Below the pieces are notes generated by a model. The model was not told the origin of the DNA and searched no databases. It was given only the letters and a program-made list of their open reading frames with translations. Of a stretch of DNA of 34,161 nucleotides, positions 10,301 to 20,149 are shown piece after piece. This DNA comes from an uncultured Planctomycetaceae bacterium. GTDB taxonomy: Bacteria > Planctomycetota > Phycisphaerae > SM23-33. Both the position numbers and the translations under genes were made by a program. How positions within the stretch are numbered: the stretch's first letter is position 1; every line of letters begins with the position of its first letter. The stretch spans positions 15,158-49,318 of the forward strand of contig CAZADC010000001.1 in assembly GCA_964483755.1 (NCBI GenBank), written 5' to 3'.

Positions 10301-13300
10301 CCGGCGTCAACCTCGAATACACGCTCAACGTGATCAACCGTCCGGATCTGCAGGGCGCCGTGCCCGAAGACAGCGGATTCGATCCGCCGGCCGTGCTCCC
10401 TGGCGACCAGTGGCACGCCTGGTTCGACGTGACGAACACCGGCGGCGAGGCGGCCGACCGGTTCCGCGTGGACTACTACGCCTCGACGAACAACAGCATC
10501 ACGACGCTCGACTACCACCTGGGCTACGACTGGGTGGAAGGGCTCGGGATGGACGAGGTCGCCCAGTCGGCCGTGTCGCTGATGAACTTCCCGGACCTGC
10601 CGGCCGGGGAGTACTACGTCGGGATCATCATTGACCGGGCAAACGTCATCCTCGAGGGCGACGAGCTGAACAACAAGGCCGTCTCGTCCACCTACCCGCT
10701 GATCGTTCCCGGCCTTTCGGGAACCAAGTGGGAGGACATGGACGGCGACGCCGTGCGCGACGCCGCCGACCTCGGCCTCAGCGGGTGGACCATCCGCCTG
10801 TACACCGACGACAACGACAACGGCGTGCTGGACCCCGCCGAGGAAGCCACCTTCCAGGAAACCACCACCGACGATGACGGTCGCTACGAGTTCAAGGACC
10901 TCGCCACCGGCCGCTACTTCGTGCAGGAGGTCCAGCAGGCCGGGTGGGGCCAGAGCTACCCCGCCGACATGCACACGGTCGAATACACGGTCGACACGTT
11001 CGTCGGCCAGCTCGACTTCGGCAACGCCGAGCTGGTGACGATCAGCGGCGTCAAGTGGCACGATCTGGACGGTGACGGCGTCCTGGACGACGGCGAGCCA
11101 ACCCTTGAGGGCTGGACGATCTTCCTCGACGAGAACGACAACGGCGTCCTGGACGTCGGTGAGACCAGCACCGAGACGGACGCCGGCGGGGAATACAGCT
11201 TCACGGATCTCATGCCCGGTCAGTACGTGGCGGCGGAGGTTGACGAGTTCGGCTGGATGCAGTCCTGGCCGACCGGCGACGGCGTGTACCGCCTGACGGT
11301 GACCAGCGGCAGCGACGAGATCGACGTGAACTTCGGCAACTACGAGCCGGCCGAGGCCCGCGGACTGAAGTGGCACGATGTCAACAGCGACGGCACGCGC
11401 CAGATCGGCGAGCCGGGGCTCGATGACTGGATCATCTACGGCGACGTCAACGACAACGGCGTGCTGGACCTCGACGAGCCGTCCACCGTGACGGACGCCG
11501 ACGGCAATTACGCCCTGACGAACCTGCCCCCGGGCGACTACACCATTCGCGAGGTCCTGCAGGACGGCTGGGAGCAGTCCTTCCCCGTCGGCGGGCACGC
11601 GGTGACGATCGTCAGCGGGGACGTGCTTGCGGACCTGGATTTCGGCAACTTCCAGCCGGGCGAGATCAGCGGCGTCAAGTGGCATGATCTCGACGCCGAC
11701 GGCGTCTACAAGGACGCCGAGGACGGCCTCGAGGGCTGGACGATCTTCCTCGACGAGGACGACAACGGGTTGCTGGACTGGACCGACGGCGACGGGGACG
11801 GCGTGTGGGACGCCGGCGAGGGCGAGCAGTGGACGCTGACCGACGCCGACGGCGCCTACAGCTTCACCGGCCTGACGTACGGTACGTATCACGTCCGCGA
11901 GCTCCTGCAGCCCGACTGGGAGCAGTCGGCCCCGGCGACCGGCGAGTACGTGGTGACGGTTGCCAGCGGGAGCGTGGTGACCGGGCGGAACTTCGGAAAC
12001 TACATGCCGGCCGTCATCGAAGGCGTCAAGTGGCACGACATCAACGGCGACGGCGGGTACGACGTGGGAACCGAGCCGCTGCTGGAGGGGTGGACCATCT
12101 TCCTCGACCAGAACGAGAACGGCGTTCTCGACGCCGGCGAGGTGTCCACGACCACCGACGAATTCGGCGAATACAGCTTCACCGGGCTCGTCCCGGGTCC
12201 CTATACGGTTGCCGAGGTGATGCAGCCCGACTGGTCGCAGTCCTACCCGGCGAGCGGGTCCTACGGCATGACGCTCGTCAGCGGCGATGTGGCCTCGGAC
12301 ATGAACTTCGGGAACTACGCGTTCGGCGAGATTTCCGGCACGAAGTGGGATGACCTGAACATCAACGGCATCCGCGAGGACGGCGAGCCGGGCATCGAGG
12401 ACTGGACCGTCTTCCTCGACGCCGACGACGACGGCGAGCTGGACTGGACGGACGCGAACGACAACGCCGTCTGGGATGCGGGCGAAGGCGAGCGGTGGAC
12501 GCTCACCGACGCCGATGGCGCCTACGTCTTCGACGAGCTGAGCCCGGGCGACTACGTCGTCGCCGAGGTGCTCGAGGCGGGATGGACGCAGTCCGCCCCG
12601 ACCGCGGGCGCCTACGCCCTGACCGTCACGAGCGGGCTGGTCGTCGAAGGCAACGACTTCGGGAACTTCCGCCTCGGGCAGATCAGCGGACACAAGTGGA
12701 ACGATCTCGACGGCGACGGCGTGTGGGACGTCGGCGAGACGGGCCTCGAGGACTGGGTGATCTTCATCGACGAGGAGCTCGGCATGCCCGGCGGCACGAC
12801 GCTGCTGGACACCGGCTTCGACACCGATCCCCGCGCCTCCGGCTGGGTGCTCACCGACTGGGACCTCGACGTCCACGACACCGGCGGATGGACGGACACC
12901 GACCAGTTCATCGCCCCGGGCGACTACATGTGGCAGTCGCCGCAGTTCACCGCGGCGCCGCTGAGCTACTTCCGGATCGACTTCATCGCCCGCGGGACGG
13001 GTGACGGGTTCGTCGCCGGCATGGGCTTCAACCCGGAGGCCGAGTTCGGCCGCTATCCCGACGCGGACGCGACGGCCGGCGAACTGGTCGCCGATGACTG
13101 GACCAGCTACGAGCTGACCGACACGTGGCAGACGTTCACCTACTATACGCGGGCCCGGTCCAACGCCGTCACCGACGCGGTGCGGTTCATGGGCGCTGGT
13201 ACGGAGGTGGACGACGTTACGGTGACCACCGCCAGCGACGCCGAGGCGCGCGACTGGTACGACGGCGTCTACGCCGGCATACCCGCCGTGACCTACGACC

Positions 13301-16300
13301 CCGGCGCCGGACGCTTCGACGGCGTCGAGGACTTCATCGGCAAGCTGGAGGCCGGCGAGGACGTCCGCATCGTCTTCCTCGGCGACAGCATCATGCTCGA
13401 TTCCGGCAACTCCGGCATCGACGTGCTCCTGGAACGCATGTATCCCGGCTCCAACGTCGAAATCGTCACCGCCGTCGGCGGCGGGACGGGCGTGGACAAG
13501 TGGGCGGTCGACGAGCTCTACGACTGGCCGGACCACGACCTGGATCTCGACGCCGCCGTCATCGACCAGCAGCCTGACCTGGTGCTCATCGGCGGGATCA
13601 GCAACAACGAGGCCTACGACGACTTCCGCAGCGTCATCGACGACGTCCGCGACGGCGTCCAGACGCAGTTCGGCTACGAGGTGGACATCATGCTGATGAC
13701 CGGCGCGTTCGGAACGGGCAGCGACCCGGCCGGATACGCGACCGAGCTGGCCTCCATCGCGGCCGAGAAGGACACGGCGTTCATGGACATGCGGGCTGCG
13801 TGGACCGCCTACATGGCCGACGCCGCTCTCGCCGGCTACGACAGCACGTACTTCTATCGTGACGGCGTCCACGCCAACGCGTACGGCAAGCAGGTGATCG
13901 GGCGCATCATGCAGGCGCAGTTCGCGCCGGACACCATACCCGACACGGCCGGCAACGGCGTGCTGGACTGGACCGATCTGAACGACAACGGCGTGTGGGA
14001 CGCCGGCGAGGGCGAGCGGTGGACCACCACCGACGCGACGGGCGCCTACGCCTTCACCGACCTCATGCCCGGCGAATACGTGCTCGCCGAGGTGCTGCAG
14101 GACGGGTGGGTGCAGACGGCTCCCGAAACCGGCGTGCACAACGTGGTCGTGACCAGCGGCGCGGACCTCACCGGCGTCGACTTCGGCAACGTCGAGGGCG
14201 GCACGATCCAGGGCGCCAAGTGGTACGACATCAACGCCGACGCGGTCTGGGACGCCGAGGAGGACGCGCTGGAAGGCTGGACGATCCGCCTTTACAGTGA
14301 CCTCAACAACAACGGCGTGCTCGAAGAGGCCGAGCGGGACGAGTACCTCGAGGACGTCACGGACGTCGACGGCGCGTACGAGTTCACCGACCTCCTGCCC
14401 GGACGCTACTTCGTCGAGGAGCAGCTCCAGGCCGACTGGGCCCAGACCTTCCCGCTCAGCGGCATCTACACCGTCAACATCACGGCGGGGCTGACCGTCG
14501 CCGATCAGGATTTCGGCAACGTCCTGACCAGCGACATCAGCGGGATGAAGTTCGAGGATCTCAACGGCAACGGCGCCTTCGACGCCGGCGAGCCCGGGCT
14601 CGAAGGCTGGACCATCTTCCTCGACCAGAACGACGACGGCGTGCTTGACGCCGGCGAGCCCAGCACGGTCACCGCGGCCGACGGAACGTACACCTTCGCC
14701 GAGCAGCTCCCCGGCACCTATTACGTCGCCGAGCAGCTCCAGGCGGGCTGGACGCAGTCCTACCCGGCCGCCGGTTCGCACGAAATCGAGCTGGTCAGCG
14801 GCGTCGACCAGGGCGACGTGGACTTCGGCAACTGGACCACGGGGTCCATCTCCGGCGCCAAGTGGGACGACCAGAACTACGACGGCGTGTGGGACGCCGA
14901 GGAACCGGCCCTGCCCGACTGGACGATCTTCCTCGACGAAGACGACGACGGCGAGCTGGACTGGACCGACGGCAACGACAACGGCGTCTGGGACGCCGGC
15001 GAGGGCGAGCAGTGGACCCTCACCGACGCCCAGGGCGACTACAGCTTCTCCGACCTGCCCCCGGGCGACTACGCCGTGGCGGAGGTGATCGAGGACGGCT
15101 GGTACCAGAGCTATCCCGCCGGCGGCGTGCACGAGCTGACGCTGGTCAGCGGTACGGCAGTTGAGGACCTCGACTTCGGCAACGGCCTGGCCGTGTCGAT
15201 CACCGGGTACAAGTGGAACGACGTGAACGGCGACGGCGTCTGGGACGTCGGCGAGGAGGGCCTCCAGGACTGGACGCTCTACCTCGACGCCAATGACAAC
15301 GGCGAGCTGGACGCGGGCGAGGCCACGGCCGTCACGCTCGCCGACGGCAGCTACGCCTTCGGGCCGCTCATGCCGGACACCTACATCGTCCGCGAGGATC
15401 TCGCCGCCGACTACTGGACGCAGACCGCGCCGGTCGACGGATACTACGAACTGACGCTCGCGCCGGGCGAGACGGCCGCCGATCAGAACTTCGGCAACCA
15501 GTCCCGGCCGCTCGCCAACGACCTGGAGGTCGCGACCGACGAGGACACCGACCTCAACGAAACGGTCACCGGGTGGGACTTCGAGGACGACGATTTGACG
15601 TTCGCGATCGACACCCAGCCGGCGAACGGCACGGTGACGATGAACCCGGACGGAAGCTTCACCTACGATCCGGACGACGACTTCAACGGCGTGGACACCT
15701 TCACGTTCATCGCTTCCGACGATTACAACGACAGCGAGCCCGGCACGGTGACGGTCACCGTCAACCCGGTAAACGACGGGCCGGTCGCGAACGACATGAA
15801 CCTGGCGACCGACGAGGACACGCCGCTCGTGATCGACCTGGACGCGACGGATGTAGAGACCGATCCGGCGGACCTGATCTACACGATCACCTCCCCGCCG
15901 ACCCACGGCACGCTGGACGAAACCGGCCCCGGGCAGTACCTCTACACGCCGGACGACGACTACAACGACGCGGCTGCCCCCGATACCTTCACCTACACGG
16001 TGACCGACACGGGCGACCCGGCCGGCGTGGGGACAAGCCCCGCGCTGACCAGCGGCGAGGCGACGGTGAGCATCACCGTCAATCCTGTCAACGACCCGCC
16101 GATCGCCCATCCGCAGACCGTGGAGATCGACTTCGAGGGCCAGCCCATCGCCATCGACCTGACCGGCGAGGACGTCGAGACCCCGGCCGGCGAGCTCACC
16201 TACGACATCGTCACACAGCCGGTATTCGGTGAGGTGACGCTGGTCGGCAGCACCGCATGGTACACGGCGTCGACGGTCTGGGGCGGCGGGCTGGACAGCT

Positions 16301-17598
16301 TCCGGTTCACCGTCACGGACACGGGCGACCCGGCCGGTGTCGGCGACAACGCCGAAACCAGCGTCCCGGCGACGGTCACGCTCGACGTGGCGCCGTTCGC
16401 CTACTTCGACGAGAACCAGGACGCCGTCTACTACGGCTGGGGCTTCGGCGCCGACGATCCCGCCGTCATCTCGCTCAAGAAGGAAGGGCAGGGATGGGCG
16501 GTGTTCGGCCGGGACGATCCCGAGCGCATCGAGCGCATCCTGGTCGACGGCACGACGGACAACAGTCAGCTCGATATCCAGGTGCCCAACCTCGGCTGGC
16601 AGATCGGCGACATCAACATCGACGGCTCGCTGAAGAGCCTCGATGCTAACGGTTCGCTGGTCGGCGACATCCACGTCACCGAGTGGCTCGGCGACCTGGA
16701 CTTCGGGGACGTCTTCTGGATCGGCGGCGAGCACACCGTCCGGATTGACGGCGTCGGCGACGAGATGAAAGTCGAGTTCGGGCGCATGGCCGACATCACC
16801 TTCGACTCCAACACGCCGGTAAAGAAGTTCGACTTCACCGACTGGACGGATCGCACCGGCGGCGACGACTGGCTGCGGGCGCCGTACGTCGACAAGCTGA
16901 GCGCCAACGGCGACGGCAACGCCGTGGCGGGGAATTTCCAGGCCAACCTGGACGTCGACACGCTCGACAAGGCCAAGATCGACGGCGGCGTGATGGCCGG
17001 ACAGTGGCTCATCCCCGACGGCGTCGGCAAGCTTCAGGTTGACGACGACTTCCAGGTCGCCGACTTCCAGACCCGCTACCTCGACAAGTTCGACGTCGGC
17101 GGGTCGGTCGTGGATACCGAGATGCGGCTCGGACAGATGGACGGACAGTCCGCCAAGAAGATGTCCGTTGACGAGTGGCTGCGCGACAGCCGCATCTTCG
17201 GCGACGGCGAGTTCGGAAAGGTCGAGTTCGGCGGGATGGACTCCAGCGTGTTCGGCGCCGGACTGCTGGATACGCTCGACGGGTTCGCGCCCGGCGCTGC
17301 CGGATACGTCAAGAAGTTCGACGTCGGCGGCGTGACCGATCCGCTCGGCTTCTCCATGATCGATTCCCTGGCGGCCGCTCACACCTTCAACAAGGTGTCC
17401 CTGGAGTACGTCCAGGGCAATAACGCCGGCAACGCCGGATACCCGGACCTGCTCGGGCCGGGCGATTTCGGCGTCGTCGCCGACGTGGCGATCGACAAGC
17501 TGCAGGTCGAACGCACCAACGGCGAGAAGCTGAAGTTCAAGTCCGACGAGATGCCCGACGGGCAGGTCTTCCAGGATTTCTGGGTCCGGGTGGTCTGA
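7395..17598 (+). CDS. Giant (~3,400 aa) repeat-rich extracellular protein, reading frame broken once (pieces 7395..8279 in frame 0 and 7930..17598 in frame 1)
   Basis: AGGAG lies 9 nt upstream of the ATG at 7395. The frame-0 ORF ends inside the first SdrD-B-like repeat (ISGTKFHDENGNGVFDAGEPGLEGWTIRLFTDDNDNDVLDEADT...). The rest of that repeat (...YEEDVTNASGDYDFLGLSAGTYFVEEVAQLGW...) continues in frame 1. It is therefore one gene with a 1-nt frame break near 8110-8116. Confidence 0.8.
7956..9279 (+). repeat. SdrD-B / Cna-B-like repeats 1-4 of the giant protein
   Basis: Units of about 105-115 aa with this pattern: (I/L)SGxKWxDxNGDGxxDxGExGLxGWTIxL...DxxGxYxFxxLxPGxYxVxExxxxGWxQxxP...xxDFGN. 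Confidence 0.75.
9280..10707 (+). other. Three CARDB-like domains (9280-9645, 9958-10335, 10336-10707) with SdrD-B-like repeat 5 between the first two
   Basis: Each domain has PDL...F(S/D)...PxxVxPGxxWxVxWxxxNxGT..., then ...xFYxSxDxxITTxDxLL..., then ...FPxxPAGxYYVGxxxDxxxxVxExDExNNTG. This matches the remembered CARDB signature. Confidence 0.6.
10708..12774 (+). repeat. SdrD-B / Cna-B-like repeats 6-11 plus the N-terminal half of repeat 12
   Basis: Same repeat pattern. Repeat 12 stops after ...ISGHKWNDLDGDGVWDVGETGLEDWVIFIDE (12772-12774). Confidence 0.75.
12775..13953 (+). other. 393-aa insertion inside repeat 12: beta-sandwich/CBM-like region (~12796-13230) + SGNH/GDSL hydrolase domain (~13360-13925)
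   Basis: SGNH blocks: VRIVFLGDSIM (GDS Ser codon 13387-13389), LVLIGGISNNE (GxNx block) and YRDGVHANAYG (DxxH, 13861-13872). The preceding segment ends in a ...AVRFMGAGTEVDDVTVT motif, typical of the last strand of binding-module beta-sandwiches. Confidence 0.65.
13954..15504 (+). repeat. C-terminal half of repeat 12 plus SdrD-B / Cna-B-like repeats 13-16
   Basis: The sequence resumes with NGVLDWTDLNDNGVWDAGEGERWTTTDATGAYAFTDLMPGEYVLAEVLQDGWVQTAP. This aligns to the second half of intact repeats 9, 11 and 15. Confidence 0.75.
15505..16395 (+). other. Three cadherin-like / bacterial Ig (VCBS, tandem-95-type) domains
   Basis: Three units of the form ANDxxxxTDEDTxLxxxL...DxDxDxLTYxIxxxPxxGTxxxxxxGxxxYTPxxDxNGxDxFTYxxxD...VTVNPVNDxP. 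Confidence 0.65.
16396..17595 (+). other. C-terminal ~400-aa region with a periodic short motif (beta-helix-like), no recognisable anchor
   Basis: A motif recurs roughly every 20-35 aa: hydrophobic-(K/D)K-(L/F)-x-(V/F)-x-G. Examples are LKSLDANGS, VKKFDFTDW, VDKLSANGD, LDKAKIDGG, VGKLQVDDD, LDKFDVGGS, FGKVEFGGM, VKKFDVGGV and IDKLQVERT. There is no PEP-CTERM, LPXTG or T9SS-like tail that I can recognise. Confidence 0.4.
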
Positions 17599-17618
17599 CC
17601 GACGCACTGTGGACAACC

Positions 17619-17651
17619 CCGGCCGGGCGCTGAACGTCGGCGTCCGGCCGG
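17619..17651. terminator. GC-rich hairpin between convergent genes (candidate bidirectional terminator)
   Basis: ccggccgggcg (17619-17629) pairs with cgtccggccgg (17641-17651). This gives an 11-bp stem with one G-U pair and an 11-nt loop. There is no U-tract. It lies between the giant-gene stop (17598) and the SDR stop (17711). Confidence 0.3.
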
Positions 17652-17710
17652 CTCGCTGCGCCGGCGGAACCGATCGGTCGGTCGACGACTGCGCCGTGAT
17701 GGGGGGACGG

Positions 17711-18517
17711 TCACGGCTGCAGCATGCCCTGACGATAGGTCTCCATGATGCGATCGACCAGGCGGGGCGAGAGCGGCGCCAGCAGCGCCAGGAACTTGCC
17801 CCCGGACGTGAAGATCAGCTCCGGACGGTACCGTCCGATCGTCGCGACGATTCGCCTCGCCACCACGTCCGGCGGCTGCGGTGTGCGGATGCCCTCGAAC
17901 GGTTCGGAGCCCGAGCGCCGCTCCCGGCGCCCCTCCACGCGGTCGAAAAAGTCCGTATCCGTCATGCCCGGGCACACGCAGGTGACGTTCACGCCGTGCG
18001 GGCGGAGCTCGACGCGCATCGAGTCGGTGAGCCCGACCACGGCGAACTTCGTCGCGCAATACGCCCCGTTCATCGGCGTCCCGCGCTTGCCGATCACCGA
18101 CGACACGTTGAACACGTGCCCCGACCCCTGGCGGATCATTACCGGCGCGGCCGCCCTGCACCCGTAGAACAGCCCGAAGAAATTCACGTCGAATATCCGC
18201 CGCATCTGCTCGTCGGTGATCTCGTGGACGGCGGCGTGCAGCCCGTATCCGGCGTTGTTTACGAGCACGTCCAGACGCCCGAATCGCTCGGCCGTGGCGT
18301 TCACGAGCTCGTTCACCTGCCGCTCGTCCGTCACGTCCGTCGGGGCGACGACGATGTCCGCCGCACCGGTATGTCGGCATCGCTCGGCCACCCGCTCCAG
18401 CTCATCCTCGCGCCGGGCGGCCAGCACCACCGCGCAGCGCCTCTCCGCCAGGCGCAACGCCGTCGCCTCGCCGATCCCGCTCGACGCGCCGGTCACGATC
18501 GCGACCCGCTCGCTCAT
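17711..18517 (-). CDS. Short-chain dehydrogenase/reductase (SDR) family oxidoreductase
   Basis: MSERVAIVTGASSGIG (TGxxxGxG) at the N-terminus, plus NNAG and the YCATK (YxxxK) catalytic motif. Confidence 0.9.
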   Translation of the reverse strand: MSERVAIVTGASSGIGEATALRLAERRCAVVLAARREDELERVAERCRHTGAADIVVAPTDVTDERQVNELVNATAERFGRLDVLVNNAGYGLHAAVHEITDEQMRRIFDVNFFGLFYGCRAAAPVMIRQGSGHVFNVSSVIGKRGTPMNGAYCATKFAVVGLTDSMRVELRPHGVNVTCVCPGMTDTDFFDRVEGRRERRSGSEPFEGIRTPQPPDVVARRIVATIGRYRPELIFTSGGKFLALLAPLSPRLVDRIMETYRQGMLQP

Positions 18518-20009
18518 CGACTTCTCCCTTCGCTGTCGCCTGCGTCCCGTTCGCCGTCGCCGTCGCTCGCCCGACGGCCAGGATCTCCACGGTGGTCAGC
18601 ACCGCCGCTGTGATCACGGCCGCCCAGAGGGCGAGCTTGATCCGCCGGACGAGGCGATCGATCGGCCGGCGGGTGCCCCCCGTGCTGCCCAGCCAGAGCA
18701 CGTAGCTGATCCGCCACGAGATCGCCCCGTGCCGCCAGTTGCCCTGCGACGCGGGTATCCCGTTTAGCCGGGCGACCTCCTGCAGCGACCGCGCGAACAC
18801 GGCGGCCCCTTCCGGCGTGATGCGCTCTCCGGTCGGCTCGGGCTCCGGTCCCGACGACCAGGCGGCGATGACGTCGCTCTGGCGCTCGAACCGCCGGCTG
18901 ATCCATCCGAACCCCAGCCACCAGATCATCGCCAGCGCAAGCATCGCCAGCCCGTGGGCGGTGAGCAGGTCCAGCCCGAGCAGGATCGCCGCGTCGGCGG
19001 CCAGGCCGACCAGCGTCACGCTGGCGACGGCGAACAGCGCCGAGTAGAAGATGTGGTGCTGGACGATGTGCCCGGCTTCGTGGGCGAAGATGCTCTCGAC
19101 CTGCCGCGGGTGCATGCGCTCCAGCAGGGCGTCGCTCAGCAGCACGTACCGGACGGGGGCGAGCAGGCCCATCACGGCGGCGTTGGCGATCACCCCGCCG
19201 CTGCGCCACACGAGGATGTCGCGGTAGCGGAGTTTGAGTCGCTCGCACGTCTCCTCCAGGCGCCGCCGCAGCTCGCCGTCCTCGAGCCGGCGCGTCCGCC
19301 AGATGCGGACGATCATCAGCGGCGCCGCCAGGAACACCCCCAGCGCGGTCGCCAAGGTGGCCGGTGCGATCACGTACGGCGCAAGCTCCTCGCCCAGCAG
19401 CGGCGGCAGGTAGAGCAGCCAGACCTCGTCGATCCCGATGATCAGCAGCACCGGGACCGCGACGAACAGCAGGTAGTGACGGGTGTTGTAGTCCAGGTAC
19501 TCGCGGAACGTCCAGATCGGCGGGGCGTCGTCGGCCCCCGCGGCCGCGTGGAGGCGGACCTCGCGATAGAACGGATACTCCGCCGCCCACGCCAGCTCCA
19601 GCGCGACGGCGAACGGGAGGAACATCGCCAGTGTGTCGATCAGCGGCACGCCCCCGACGTGCAGCCATTCGCGGACCCGGTCACCGAGACCGAGCAGGAC
19701 CAGCGCCGCCAGCCCGCCGACCAGCCAGAACCGCGTGAGCAGCGCCAGGGCGCGGTGCCGCCGGAAGATCGCGCCCGCGTTGCCGGGGCGCTCGGCCAGC
19801 GCGGCGGCCGCGCGCCGGGCGGCGAGTCCGCTGAGCCCCGCGGCGGTCGCCAGGTACGCCGCGAGCGACCCGCCGATCACCCATCCCCCCGCCAGAGGGG
19901 CGGTGAGGGGATCGAGCGTGAGCACGACGACAAACGCAATAAGCACAAGAACATGCATGGTCACCGCGATTGTAGCCCAGGCGGCGGGTCGGATCGGGGA
20001 GAAAATCAC
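18402..20009 (-). CDS. M48-family (HtpX/Ste24-like) integral-membrane zinc metalloprotease
   Basis: HEAGH (HExxH) at 19068-19082 (minus strand). There are several long hydrophobic segments on both sides. The low-complexity C-terminal tail overlaps the SDR start by 116 nt. The start could instead be the internal MHVLVL (M18). Confidence 0.75.
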   Translation of the reverse strand: MIFSPIRPAAWATIAVTMHVLVLIAFVVVLTLDPLTAPLAGGWVIGGSLAAYLATAAGLSGLAARRAAAALAERPGNAGAIFRRHRALALLTRFWLVGGLAALVLLGLGDRVREWLHVGGVPLIDTLAMFLPFAVALELAWAAEYPFYREVRLHAAAGADDAPPIWTFREYLDYNTRHYLLFVAVPVLLIIGIDEVWLLYLPPLLGEELAPYVIAPATLATALGVFLAAPLMIVRIWRTRRLEDGELRRRLEETCERLKLRYRDILVWRSGGVIANAAVMGLLAPVRYVLLSDALLERMHPRQVESIFAHEAGHIVQHHIFYSALFAVASVTLVGLAADAAILLGLDLLTAHGLAMLALAMIWWLGFGWISRRFERQSDVIAAWSSGPEPEPTGERITPEGAAVFARSLQEVARLNGIPASQGNWRHGAISWRISYVLWLGSTGGTRRPIDRLVRRIKLALWAAVITAAVLTTVEILAVGRATATANGTQATAKGEVDERAGRDRDRRVERDRRGDGVAPGGEALRGGAGRPARG

Positions 20010-20149
20010 GCCGGAGCGGAACCTGCGGGGTTCAATGATATAGACGAGTCCGCGCCGCCGCTGCGGCCTGAGAGCCGGCGGCGGGGCGGCATGACTCGGG
20101 CGCGACGGGCCGGCGCCCGAGCCGGAACACGGCCCGCGGGAGACTCATC

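Noticed and set aside
7956-15504. Regular ~320-340-nt periodic repeats that could suggest a CRISPR or satellite array.
   Set aside because: The period is far too long for CRISPR. The repeats are in-frame protein repeats (SdrD-B/Cna-B-like) within a single ORF, with no short conserved direct repeat and spacer structure.
8107-17616. A 3,169-aa ORF on the minus strand, nearly as long as the giant gene.
   Set aside because: It is the codon-aligned antisense of the giant gene; both have codon low coordinates of 1 mod 3. It is open only because the sense gene never uses TTA, CTA or TCA. Its translation is low-complexity (V/G/D/A/R-rich) with no recognisable domains, whereas the plus strand encodes clear repeat and enzyme domains.
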